Shown here piece by piece: positions 33,662-42,486 of a stretch of DNA of 64,000 nucleotides. Position 1 is the first letter of the stretch; every line of letters starts with the position of its first letter. The notes below the pieces were generated by a model. It made no database searches. It saw only the letters and a program-made list of their open reading frames with translations, and had not been told where the DNA came from. The stretch is from an uncultured Bacteroidales bacterium. GTDB lineage: Bacteria; Bacteroidota; Bacteroidia; Bacteroidales; Bacteroidaceae. The position numbers and the translations under genes were made by a program. Location of the stretch: the NCBI GenBank assembly GCA_902770725.1, contig CACXUA010000001.1, positions 300-64,299 on the forward strand. Direction: 5' to 3'.

Positions 33662-33742
33662 AGTCCATAGTTAATAGTTAGGCTATGCCCTAGCACCCTA
33701 CAGCTGTGGACTATGGACTATGGACTATGAACTATGAACTAT
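33662..33742. repeat. inverted heptamer tracts: AGTCCATAGTT (33662-33672) facing (GGACTAT)3(GAACTAT)2 (33708-33742)
   Basis: Direct reading. The right arm contains the ATG (33734) of the oxidoreductase gene. Confidence 0.9.
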
Positions 33743-35143
33743 AACGTCCTGATTATCGGCAGCGGACTGGGCGGACTGGAATGTGGCGCACTGCTCGCCA
33801 AGCGAGGACTCAAGGTGCTCGTGCTCGAAGGTTCCAACCAACCAGGAGGCTGCATGCAAAGCTTCCGCAGAGGCGGAATGCATTACGATACAGGACTGCA
33901 CTATGTGGGCGGTCTGGCTCCAGGGCAAACAATGCATCATGCATTCGCAGAGCTCGGACTGCTTGACTTGCCCTGGCAAAGGATGGACGATGCCTTCGAC
34001 CATGTCATCATCGGCGGTCGGCACTTCGCATTCCATCAAGGCTACGAAGCATTCGTCAAAGGACTGGCAAAAGACTTCCCGCATCAGCGAGAAGCACTCC
34101 AAAGCTATGTCCAACGCTTGCAGAACATCACGGCAGACGATATGGACGTCTGTGCTTATGATTACCTCAGGCAGACATTCTCCGATGAACTGCTTGTGAA
34201 TGTTGTCAGTGCTGCTGCAATGAAGACAGAGCTTCGTCGCGAATCACTTCCCCTCTTCAACTTTGCTCATACCTGCTCCAGCTATATTGAAAGCAGTTGG
34301 CGACTGAAAGGAGATGGCAATCTGCTGGTGAACAAACTCATCAGTACTATTGAGGAAGTGGGTGGCGAAGTGAAAACAAACAGCAAGGTGGTTCGCCTCG
34401 TCGAAGCGGATGGCCGCATCGCAAGCATCATCTGTGCCGACGGACAAAGCTACGAGGCGGAGTACTTCATCTCCGACATACATCCTGCAGAGCTCTGCCA
34501 TTTGCTCGAAGGATGTCAGGCTGTTCGGAAAGCCTTCCGCAGACGTATGACATCAGGGGAGAATACCTGTGGTATGTTTACTGCACAGTTCAAGCTAAAG
34601 CCAGGTGCACTACGATACTTTGCCCATAACGTCTTCGTCTATGACAAACCTAACGTATGGACGATGACGGAAGACAATGACCCTGTGAAGGGAGTCATGA
34701 TAAGTGCAAGGGTACCGGAGGACGACTCGGACGAGCTCCGACAGATAGACCTCCTTACGCCCATGCCCTGGCACGAATGCAAACCTTGGATAGAGACTAA
34801 GGTTGGTCGTCGCGGCGATGACTATAAAGCATTCTGCCAGAAGAAGACCGAACAGTGCGTTGCACTGGCGGAACAATATATTCCCAATCTTCATGAGATG
34901 GTTGAGCAATGTTATACCAGCACGCCGCTCACCTATCGCGATTATCTGGGAAGCCCTGAAGGTGGAGCATTTGGTTTGCGTAAGGACTATCGTGCGTCGA
35001 TGCTCACCTTCCATTCTGTTGGGACACCATTTCCCAACCTGTTGCTCACAGGACAGAGCATCATCTTGCCTGGCATCGAGGGAGTCACTATGACGGCTTT
35101 CGAGACTTGCAGCAAGATTATACATGACATTGCAAGACAATAA
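33734..35143 (+). CDS. NAD(P)/FAD-dependent oxidoreductase, phytoene-desaturase (CrtI)-like
   Basis: N-terminal dinucleotide fold VLIIGSGLGGLECGALLAKRGLKVLVLEG, 469 aa. Confidence 0.8.
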   Translation: MNYNVLIIGSGLGGLECGALLAKRGLKVLVLEGSNQPGGCMQSFRRGGMHYDTGLHYVGGLAPGQTMHHAFAELGLLDLPWQRMDDAFDHVIIGGRHFAFHQGYEAFVKGLAKDFPHQREALQSYVQRLQNITADDMDVCAYDYLRQTFSDELLVNVVSAAAMKTELRRESLPLFNFAHTCSSYIESSWRLKGDGNLLVNKLISTIEEVGGEVKTNSKVVRLVEADGRIASIICADGQSYEAEYFISDIHPAELCHLLEGCQAVRKAFRRRMTSGENTCGMFTAQFKLKPGALRYFAHNVFVYDKPNVWTMTEDNDPVKGVMISARVPEDDSDELRQIDLLTPMPWHECKPWIETKVGRRGDDYKAFCQKKTEQCVALAEQYIPNLHEMVEQCYTSTPLTYRDYLGSPEGGAFGLRKDYRASMLTFHSVGTPFPNLLLTGQSIILPGIEGVTMTAFETCSKIIHDIARQ

Positions 35144-35149
35144 CATTAT

Positions 35150-37696
35150 ATGACAAGAAAACTCTTTGCAACCCTTGCTTTGCTTCTGACATTCGCCTTG
35201 AATGTCGCAGGACAGAAGATTACTGGTGTCATCCTTGATGCCTCTACTGGTGATAGTCTTTCCCTGGCAGGCGTATCATACAAGGATCGCAAGACTTCCA
35301 CGATAGCCGATTTGGACGGCATCTTCTCCATTACACGTATCAATGGTGCAACGCTCACCTTTTCCTGTATGGGTTATAAAGACGAGACGGTCAACATTAC
35401 TAAGGCAACTCCCAGCCGTCTTACCATCAAGCTCAAACCCGACACGAAGAGCCTTCAGGAGGTTGTCATCAAGGCTGAGAGGAAACGTTATGTCCGCAAG
35501 GACAATCCAGCCGTGGAACTCATGAAGCGTGTAATTGAAGCAAAGAAGAGTACTAAGCTTGAGAATACTCACGACTACTTCCAATACACAAAGTACCAGA
35601 AGCTCTCTATGGCTCTGAATGACTATAAAGTCAAGGAGGTGGACAGCACTGATGTTGCAGCTGGTAAGGTGAAGTGGACACAGCAGGCAGAGTTGAGTCC
35701 ATATAACAACAAGATGGTTGTGCCAGTCTCTCTTGACGAGACAGTAACTAAGCATGTTTTCCGTAAGGATCCCAGGTCAGAGAAGGACATCATTACAGGT
35801 GAGCAGAGTTCTGGACTGAACCAACTCGTTGCAACAGGTGACATTGTCAATACGACACTTAAAGAGGTGTTTCAGGATGTGGACATCTACGACAATTATG
35901 TCAAGTTGCTTAAGTTCCCGTTCCTGAGTCCTATTGGTTCTGGAGCTACGGCCTTCTACAGATATTATATTGTCGATACTGTGCTTGTGGAGCGCGACTC
36001 GTGCTATCATTTGCAATTCACGCCTAACAACCCTCAGGACATTGGTTTCAACGGTGACATATATATATTAAAGGATTCTACGCTTCACGTCAAGAAGTGT
36101 CATTTGTCCATTCCTCCGAAGAGCGATGTCAACTTCGTCAGCTCTTTACATATAGACCAGATATACACCAAGCTGCCTAACGAAGAGTGGGTGCTTACGA
36201 CGGACGATATGTGGGCCGAGATGACGCTTCTGTCGAAGAAGTTCCTTGTGGTGCGAAACACTCGCCTTTCTGATTATGACTTCGAGCCTCTTCAGAAGAG
36301 TCTCTTCCGTAATAAGGCTAAGGTCATACACATGGCTGACTCACGAAACCAGGACGAGCAGTTCTGGGATCAGTATCGAGCCGTTCAACTCTCCGAGAAG
36401 GAAGGTGGCCTGAACAGTTTCATGGAGAAGATGGCGAAGTCCAAGGCCATGCGTATTCCTTTGTTTATTGTGAAGGCATTCTTTGAGAATTATATTGAGA
36501 CCTCTAAGTCAGGCAAGCCCAGCAAGTTCGACATCGGACCGGTCACCAGTATGTTCTCGGCCAACTTCCATGATGGTTTCCGTCTGCGAGCAGGCGGAAA
36601 GACTACAGGTGCCTTCAACAAGCATTTCTTCATGGAGGGTTATTATACCCATGGTTTCAAGTCGAATGGCAATTATTATGGCTTCGTGGCGGACTATTGC
36701 TTCAATAAGAAGAAGTATTCTCCTTATGAGTTCCCGATGAGGAAGATAAGGTTCGAGACCAGCTACGACGTGTCGTCTGCTGCGGATAGGTTCTTGCAGA
36801 ACAGCAAGGACAACCTCTTCGTCAGCATCAAGACTGAGACGGTGAACATGTTGTACAAGACCAACATGCAGCGCCTTTCGTTCACTTGGGAGACGGATTA
36901 CGGCTTGAACTTCAACACCTCCTTCAAGTTGGAGAGCAACGAAGTGGCAGGTGACTTGCATTTCATTCATGTAACTGACGGCAGGGAGGATACTAAACTG
37001 CGCACGACCGAGTGGAGTACGGAGGTACATTTCTGTCCTGGCCAGACATATATCATGACCAAGCAAGACCGTTGGCCTCTTAATAAGGATCGTCCAGACT
37101 TTATTATCCGCCATACTGTCGGCTTCAAGGGACTCCTTGGTGGGCAGTTCAATACGAACCAGACCGACATAAGTGTCTTCAAGCGTCAGTGGCTTGGAAC
37201 ATGGGGTCGCATGGACTTCCGTGTTCAGGCTTCAGCTCAATGGAACAAGGTTCCCTTCCAGTTCCTCCTTACACCACCGATGTGTCTCTCGTATGTCGAG
37301 CAGGAAGGTACCCTCAACATGCTTCATAACATGGAACTCTTCATGGACCGTCGCGTGTTCTGGTCTGTTGAATGGAACTTGAACGGCAAGATATTCAACC
37401 GTATTCCTTTGCTCAAGAAGTTGAAACTCCGCGAGTTTGTTGCCTTCAAGGGCTGCTGGGGTATGCTTACCGACAGGAACAATCCTGCTAAGAATGCAGG
37501 AGACGACCTCCTTTACGCGTTCCCCGACAACCGCTCCTACGCTATCGACTCGCATGTTCCCTACATGGAAGTTGCTTGTGGTGTACGTAACATCTTTAAA
37601 CTCTTTGGTGTTGATTACGTACGTCGCCTCAACTATCTCGACATTCCTGGAACCAAGAAGAACGGCATCCGCTTTAATCTGACATTCTCCTTCTAA
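35150..37696 (+). CDS. carboxypeptidase-regulatory-like domain plus large beta-rich outer-membrane-type protein (DUF5686-like)
   Basis: Signal peptide, then ITGVILDASTGDSLSLAGVSY...TIADLDGIFSI (a CarbopepD_reg-like domain). The protein is 848 aa and ends in the aromatic-rich sequence NLTFSF. Confidence 0.65.
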   Translation: MTRKLFATLALLLTFALNVAGQKITGVILDASTGDSLSLAGVSYKDRKTSTIADLDGIFSITRINGATLTFSCMGYKDETVNITKATPSRLTIKLKPDTKSLQEVVIKAERKRYVRKDNPAVELMKRVIEAKKSTKLENTHDYFQYTKYQKLSMALNDYKVKEVDSTDVAAGKVKWTQQAELSPYNNKMVVPVSLDETVTKHVFRKDPRSEKDIITGEQSSGLNQLVATGDIVNTTLKEVFQDVDIYDNYVKLLKFPFLSPIGSGATAFYRYYIVDTVLVERDSCYHLQFTPNNPQDIGFNGDIYILKDSTLHVKKCHLSIPPKSDVNFVSSLHIDQIYTKLPNEEWVLTTDDMWAEMTLLSKKFLVVRNTRLSDYDFEPLQKSLFRNKAKVIHMADSRNQDEQFWDQYRAVQLSEKEGGLNSFMEKMAKSKAMRIPLFIVKAFFENYIETSKSGKPSKFDIGPVTSMFSANFHDGFRLRAGGKTTGAFNKHFFMEGYYTHGFKSNGNYYGFVADYCFNKKKYSPYEFPMRKIRFETSYDVSSAADRFLQNSKDNLFVSIKTETVNMLYKTNMQRLSFTWETDYGLNFNTSFKLESNEVAGDLHFIHVTDGREDTKLRTTEWSTEVHFCPGQTYIMTKQDRWPLNKDRPDFIIRHTVGFKGLLGGQFNTNQTDISVFKRQWLGTWGRMDFRVQASAQWNKVPFQFLLTPPMCLSYVEQEGTLNMLHNMELFMDRRVFWSVEWNLNGKIFNRIPLLKKLKLREFVAFKGCWGMLTDRNNPAKNAGDDLLYAFPDNRSYAIDSHVPYMEVACGVRNIFKLFGVDYVRRLNYLDIPGTKKNGIRFNLTFSF

Positions 37697-37706
37697 ATAA
37701 TATATA

Positions 37707-38204
37707 ATGATGAAAAACTTTATCATCACTACGCTGTTATGCATCTTTTCCTGCCTTACCGTGCAGGCTATCGTGATACCAAAGGAGCACATCTTCAAGT
37801 TCGAACGTAGCACGAACACGAACTACATTTGTTACGACATCAACCTGAAGGACGGAAAGCTCAACCAGAAAGAGCCCCTCAATGCTTATTGGATTTCGAG
37901 CAATGAAACGGAAAAGAATCCCTTGACCTTCTTTGACCGCAAGATGGCTTTTGGCATCAAGGTGGTCAGCTCGAACGAGCACGAGGCTCGCGTGCACATG
38001 ACAGCCTACAAGGCCCTGATCATCCGCATTTGCAAGCACAAAGGCAAGTGGGTTGGCATCGTCAAACTGAACGGGCACGAGCTGATCCTATCGAAGATGT
38101 TTGCCCAGATGAAGCAGTCCATATATCCCAAATGCGAGTATGTTGACATCTACGGAACAGATATCGAAACGGGGGAGGCGCGTCGTGAGCGTATCATGAA
38201 CTAG
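37707..38204 (+). CDS. small secreted protein (DUF4833-like)
   Basis: Signal peptide MMKNFIITTLLCIFSCLTVQA, 165 aa. The family assignment is from memory only. Confidence 0.5.
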   Translation: MMKNFIITTLLCIFSCLTVQAIVIPKEHIFKFERSTNTNYICYDINLKDGKLNQKEPLNAYWISSNETEKNPLTFFDRKMAFGIKVVSSNEHEARVHMTAYKALIIRICKHKGKWVGIVKLNGHELILSKMFAQMKQSIYPKCEYVDIYGTDIETGEARRERIMN

Positions 38205-38241
38205 GTTTTTCTCAAACGGAGAACGCCAGGAAACCAAACTA

Positions 38242-38277
38242 AGCAGGGGTGCTGACAGCATCTCTGCTTTTCTTTTA
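38242..38277 (+). terminator. intrinsic terminator ending the 30969-38204 operon
   Basis: An 11-bp stem AGCAGGGGTGC / GCATCTCTGCT (with two G-T wobbles) and a 5-nt loop, followed by TTTTCTTTT. Confidence 0.75.
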
Positions 38278-38299
38278 CCTGACTAAGCGTGCTTAGTTG

Positions 38300-38367
38300 T
38301 TTAAATGGTCATGAACATTTAATTAAATATTCATGACCATTTAATTAAATATTCATGAATATTTAAC
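38300..38367. repeat. AT-rich palindromic element (TCATGAAYATTTAATTAAATATTCATGA core), copy 1
   Basis: TTAAATGGTCATGAACATTTAATT pairs with AATTAAATATTCATGACCATTTAA (1 mismatch), and a third half-site follows. It is homologous to 63266-63333. Confidence 0.9.
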
Positions 38368-38498
38368 GAACCTGACTGGCTAAGTTGAGCGGAAGAGCCT
38401 TTTGAGTCGCGTATTTAGGGCTGTAGAATCGGTTCGAACAACTTTCCGAATCTCTTCAGTCAAAGTTTCGAACCTCTTCGAGCGCTGTGTTTCCTTGG

Positions 38499-39653
38499 TT
38501 AGAGCAGCGCTTCGATTGCTTCTCCGAGGTCGGGGATGTCTTCTCCGCGAGCCTGCAGGTCGCAGTTGCGGTCTATGAGGAAGTAGCTGGGCAGGCCTTG
38601 CACGTTGTAGAGGGTGAGCATGTCGCTCTCCAATCCCTCCTCGCAATAGACGCTGACCCAGGGCAGTGCCTCGCTTCGTTGCTTCCAGAGATGCTCGCTG
38701 GCATCCAGTCCGACCTGATAGATTTCGAAGCCTTGGTCGTGATACTTGTTATAGAGTTCTCGCAGGAGCAGCGTTCTTTCCGTGCTTCCGTCCAAGGAAA
38801 ATGCGGTGAAATCGAGCAAAATGACGTTTCCTCGCAGGCTGCTGAGTGTCCGTTCCTGACCGTTGATGTCGGGGAAAGTCATGTCGATGATGCCCAGTTC
38901 CTTCACTTTTTCGCCATCGATGTCGAGCACAATCTGACGTGGTTTGGCTTGCTTCTTCCGGCATTCTAGAACGATGTTGCAGAGGTTCTCGGTGCGTGGG
39001 CTCGACGGGTATTTCTCGTTCCAGGCATTGGCCACCGCTTGCATCCAGGTCAGGTCGCTCTTGTCGTGCACCGGATCGAAGATGAGGCTTGTGCCAAGTG
39101 TCTGGAAACATGCGTAGTAGCTGTAGGCTGTGCCGTAGTTCCCATGCAGGAAATCCTTCTTCACCTCTGCTTTGTATTTATCGACGAGGCCTTGAATCAT
39201 GCTGTCCCTCTCCTCGATTGTGAAGTTGCGGTCTGCAGAGATGCGGCGTGCTTCTCGCTCCAGGCTGGCCAATTTCAGGCAGAGGAGTCGGATGGTGTCG
39301 CACGCGTTGCTGCCCTCTACGGCATAGCCGAACGACAGGTCCTTCATGTCGGCTTTGATGCGGACCGTCTCTGTGCTGTCGATGGCGAGGTTGATGCCCT
39401 GCCCGCCAATACGGAGTCGGTAGAACTCGGGGCTGGCGACGCCTGGCTTCTCGAAATGGAACGCGCCGTCCTCCGTCAGCCGGATGCTGTCGATGGCGAT
39501 GGTTCCCTCTCCAAGGGAAAGGTGCTCCAGATAGAGCATCAGGGAGTCGGCTCCGCTGATGTTGCCTTCGATGCAGAACTTTTTCTCCTGTTTGCATCCG
39601 CAAAGCAGCGTGAGTATTGAGAGTAGAAAGAGTGTTTTCTTCATCGTCTTCAT
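38499..39653 (-). CDS. thioredoxin-fold lipoprotein (DUF4369 plus TlpA/AhpC-like domain) lacking the CxxC motif
   Basis: Lipobox LLCGC. Where TlpA proteins have LLDFWASWCGPC, this protein has VILLDFTAFSLDGS. The start at 39653 (or 39644) lies downstream of the -7 box. Confidence 0.75.
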   Translation of the reverse strand: MKTMKKTLFLLSILTLLCGCKQEKKFCIEGNISGADSLMLYLEHLSLGEGTIAIDSIRLTEDGAFHFEKPGVASPEFYRLRIGGQGINLAIDSTETVRIKADMKDLSFGYAVEGSNACDTIRLLCLKLASLEREARRISADRNFTIEERDSMIQGLVDKYKAEVKKDFLHGNYGTAYSYYACFQTLGTSLIFDPVHDKSDLTWMQAVANAWNEKYPSSPRTENLCNIVLECRKKQAKPRQIVLDIDGEKVKELGIIDMTFPDINGQERTLSSLRGNVILLDFTAFSLDGSTERTLLLRELYNKYHDQGFEIYQVGLDASEHLWKQRSEALPWVSVYCEEGLESDMLTLYNVQGLPSYFLIDRNCDLQARGEDIPDLGEAIEALL

Positions 39654-39668
39654 ATTTAAAAAGTTATG

Positions 39669-39676
39669 CAAAGGTA
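39669..39676 (-). promoter_or_regulatory. -7 box (TACCTTTG, minus) for the thioredoxin-fold lipoprotein gene
   Basis: TAnnTTTG match 16 nt upstream of ATG 39653. Confidence 0.55.
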
Positions 39677-39783
39677 CGGTTTTCTGCTGAATTTAGCACG
39701 CCATTTCGACCGCAAAGGTGTGAAATGTGGTACTTTATGCTTCTTTTTACCTTATTTATAATAATGGAAATGATATTTTTTCT

Positions 39784-39791
39784 TATCTTTG
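39784..39791 (+). promoter_or_regulatory. -7 box TATCTTTG for pnp
   Basis: TAnnTTTG match 57 nt upstream of ATG 39848. Confidence 0.6.
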
Positions 39792-39847
39792 CACGATTTT
39801 ATATCATATATGTGACGTAAAGAAAACAATAAGTTAAACAAATCAAG

Positions 39848-42133
39848 ATGAACGTAATTACAAAGACAGTCGAGTTGCCTGATGGAAGAACCATCAGCAT
39901 CGAGACCGGGAAACTTGCCAAACAAGCCGATGGTTCAGTGATGCTCCGCATGAACAACACTATGCTCCTGGCCACTGTTTGCGCAGCCAAAGATGCCGTT
40001 CCCGGCACAGATTTCATGCCCTTACAGGTTGAGTACAGAGAAAAGTATTTTGCCGCAGGTCGTTTTCCTGGCGGCTTCACGAAGCGTGAGGGTAAGGCAA
40101 ATGACGACGAGATACTGACTTGTCGCCTTGTGGACCGCGCCCTGCGCCCCCTTTTCCCCAGCAACTATCACGCTGAGGTGTATGTAAATGTAATCCTCTT
40201 CTCTGCCGACGGTGTGGACATGCCTGATGCTCTGGCTGGCTTTGCCGCTTCTGCAGCATTGGCTTGCAGCGATATTCCATTCGAAGGCCCCATTTCTGAG
40301 GTTCGCGTGGCACGCATTAACGGAGAGTTTGTTATCAACCCAACCTTCCAACAGCTCGAGGGTGCCGATATGGATCTCATGGTAGGCGCTACCGAAGAGA
40401 ACATCATGATGGTGGAAGGCGAGATGAAGGAAGTGCAGGAGAGCGACCTCCTCGCAGCCCTCAAGGCAGCCCACGAGGCCATCAAGCCTATGTGCCGCCT
40501 CCAAAAGGAACTGGAGAAGGAACTCGGCAAGGACGTGAAGCGCGAGTACTGCCACGAGGTGAACGACGACGAACTCCGCGAAGCCGTGAAGCAGGCTTGC
40601 TACCAGAAGGCTTACGACGTTACGAAGCAAGGTCTCGAGAAGCACGCTCGTGCAGAGGCTTTCGAAGCCATCCGCGAGGATTTCAAAGCAGCTTATGCCG
40701 AGGCTCACACAGATATGCCAGCCGAGGAACTCGAGGAAAAGAATACTCTCATTGACCGCTACTACCATGATGTCGAGAAGGACGCAATGCGTCGCTGCAT
40801 CTTGGACGAAGGCATCCGCCTCGACGGTCGCAAGACAACCGATATTCGTCCCATCTGGTGCGAGGCCAGCCCGCTGCCCGGACCTCACGGAAGTGCTATC
40901 TTCACCCGTGGTGAGACGCAGTCTCTCGCTACCTGTACGCTCGGCACAAAGCTCGACGAAAAGCTCGTTGACGATGTGCTCGTACGCGAATACCAGCGTT
41001 TCCTGCTCCACTACAACTTCCCTCCCTTCTCAACCGGCGAGGCGAAAGCACAGCGTGGCGTAGGTCGTCGTGAGATCGGTCACGGCCATCTGGCATGGCG
41101 CGGCCTGAAGGGTCAGATTCCTGCCGACTTCCCCTACACCATCCGCGTGGTGAGCGATATCCTGGAGAGCAATGGTTCCAGCTCGATGGCAAGTACCTGT
41201 GCAGGTTGCTTGGCACTGATGGACGCCGGTGTTCCCATTAAGGCTCCCGTCAGCGGCATCGCTATGGGTCTCATCAAGAATCCCGGCGAAGACAAATATG
41301 CCGTGCTCTCTGACATCCTGGGCGACGAGGATCACCTCGGCGACATGGACTTCAAGACCACAGGCACCCCGAATGGTTTGACCGCTACACAGATGGACAT
41401 CAAGTGCGACGGCCTCTCCTACGAGATTCTCGAAAAGGCGCTCATGCAGGCAAAGGCTGGTCGCGAACACATCCTTGCTGAGATGATGAAGACGCTCGAC
41501 AAGCCACGTCCAGAGTTGAAGCCTCATGTACCACGCATCGAGCAGATGATTATCCCGAAGGAATTCATTGGTGCCGTCATCGGCCCGGGCGGAAAGATCA
41601 TCCAGGGCATGCAGGAAGAGACCGGAGCCACCATCACTATCGACGAAGAAGACGGTGTTGGCAAGATTCAGGTGAGCGGTCCCAACAAGGAAGTCATCGA
41701 TGCTGCCATGGCTAAGATCAAGGCTATCGTGGCTGTTCCCGAGATTGGCGAAGTCTATGAAGGCACCGTTCGCAGCATCATGCCTTACGGCTGCTTCGTA
41801 GAGTTCATGCCCGGCAAGGACGGACTCCTCCATATCAGTGAGATTGATTGGAAGCGCCTCGAGACCGTCGAGGAGGCTGGCATCAAGGAAGGCGACAAGA
41901 TTCAGGTGAAGCTCCTCGAGATTGACCCGAAGACCGGCAAGTTCAAACTGAGCCGTCGTGCCCTGATCGAGAAGCCCGAGGGCTATGTAGAGCGTGAGCG
42001 CGAACGCCGTCCCCGTCCCGAACGTGGCGAGCGTCGTCCTCGTCCCGAAGCAAGGCCCGGCGAAAGCCAACGTGGTGAGCGTGGCGAACGCCGTCCCCGT
42101 CCCGAGCGTGGCGAAGAGCCTGCTGCAGAATGA
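39848..42133 (+). CDS. pnp: polyribonucleotide nucleotidyltransferase (PNPase) with Arg/Glu/Pro-rich C-terminal tail
   Basis: Two RNase PH domains, KH ([10 protein letters not shown]) and S1 ([20 protein letters not shown]) domains. The last 47 aa are low-complexity [10 protein letters not shown] repeats. Confidence 0.96.
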   Translation: MNVITKTVELPDGRTISIETGKLAKQADGSVMLRMNNTMLLATVCAAKDAVPGTDFMPLQVEYREKYFAAGRFPGGFTKREGKANDDEILTCRLVDRALRPLFPSNYHAEVYVNVILFSADGVDMPDALAGFAASAALACSDIPFEGPISEVRVARINGEFVINPTFQQLEGADMDLMVGATEENIMMVEGEMKEVQESDLLAALKAAHEAIKPMCRLQKELEKELGKDVKREYCHEVNDDELREAVKQACYQKAYDVTKQGLEKHARAEAFEAIREDFKAAYAEAHTDMPAEELEEKNTLIDRYYHDVEKDAMRRCILDEGIRLDGRKTTDIRPIWCEASPLPGPHGSAIFTRGETQSLATCTLGTKLDEKLVDDVLVREYQRFLLHYNFPPFSTGEAKAQRGVGRREIGHGHLAWRGLKGQIPADFPYTIRVVSDILESNGSSSMASTCAGCLALMDAGVPIKAPVSGIAMGLIKNPGEDKYAVLSDILGDEDHLGDMDFKTTGTPNGLTATQMDIKCDGLSYEILEKALMQAKAGREHILAEMMKTLDKPRPELKPHVPRIEQMIIPKEFIGAVIGPGGKIIQGMQEETGATITIDEEDGVGKIQVSGPNKEVIDAAMAKIKAIVAVPEIGEVYEGTVRSIMPYGCFVEFMPGKDGLLHISEIDWKRLETVEEAGIKEGDKIQVKLLEIDPKTGKFKLSRRALIEKPEGYVERERERRPRPERGERRPRPEARPGESQRGERGERRPRPERGEEPAAE

Positions 42134-42154
42134 AGCAATAGTCTCTAAATAATG

Positions 42155-42195
42155 AAAGCGTGCCCTTCCAATCGGAGGAGCACGCTTTCTTTTTC
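42155..42195 (+). terminator. intrinsic terminator of pnp
   Basis: Stem AAAGCGTGC / GCACGCTTT followed by CTTTTTC. Confidence 0.8.
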
Positions 42196-42369
42196 AACGC
42201 CCTATAGGGGCGACTGGGGTTCGGAGTATGCTCCGGAGAAGCCACTGAATGTGGCTTCGGCCCCACAAAGGGGAGCGAGTTTCCACTCGCGACGGAGGAA
42301 CGTTCAACGCCCTATAGGGGAATGGCCAACGCCCTATAGGGGAATTGCAACTCCTCCCTAGGGCGTTAG
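42195..42369. repeat. cluster of CAACGCCCTATAGGGG units (3 direct, 1 inverted) interspersed with short hairpins
   Basis: Direct copies start at 42195, 42305 and 42327, with an inverted CCCTAGGGCGTTAG at 42356-42369. Hairpins CGGAG-TATG-CTCCG, GAAGCCAC-TGAAT-GTGGCTTC and GCGAG-TTTCCA-CTCGC lie between them. Confidence 0.9.
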
Positions 42370-42435
42370 CTGACGAAATATAGTGTGGCAATAAAGAAAA
42401 ACTGCTAAATCCTTTGAACGAATGCGGAAAAGCGA

Positions 42436-42443
42436 TATCTTTG
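42436..42443 (+). promoter_or_regulatory. -7 box TATCTTTG for the GH97 gene
   Basis: TAnnTTTG match 44 nt upstream of ATG 42487. Confidence 0.6.
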
Positions 42444-42486
42444 TAAGCGTAAAAGCATAAACAACCCCGTAAAAACTCACAAAGAT

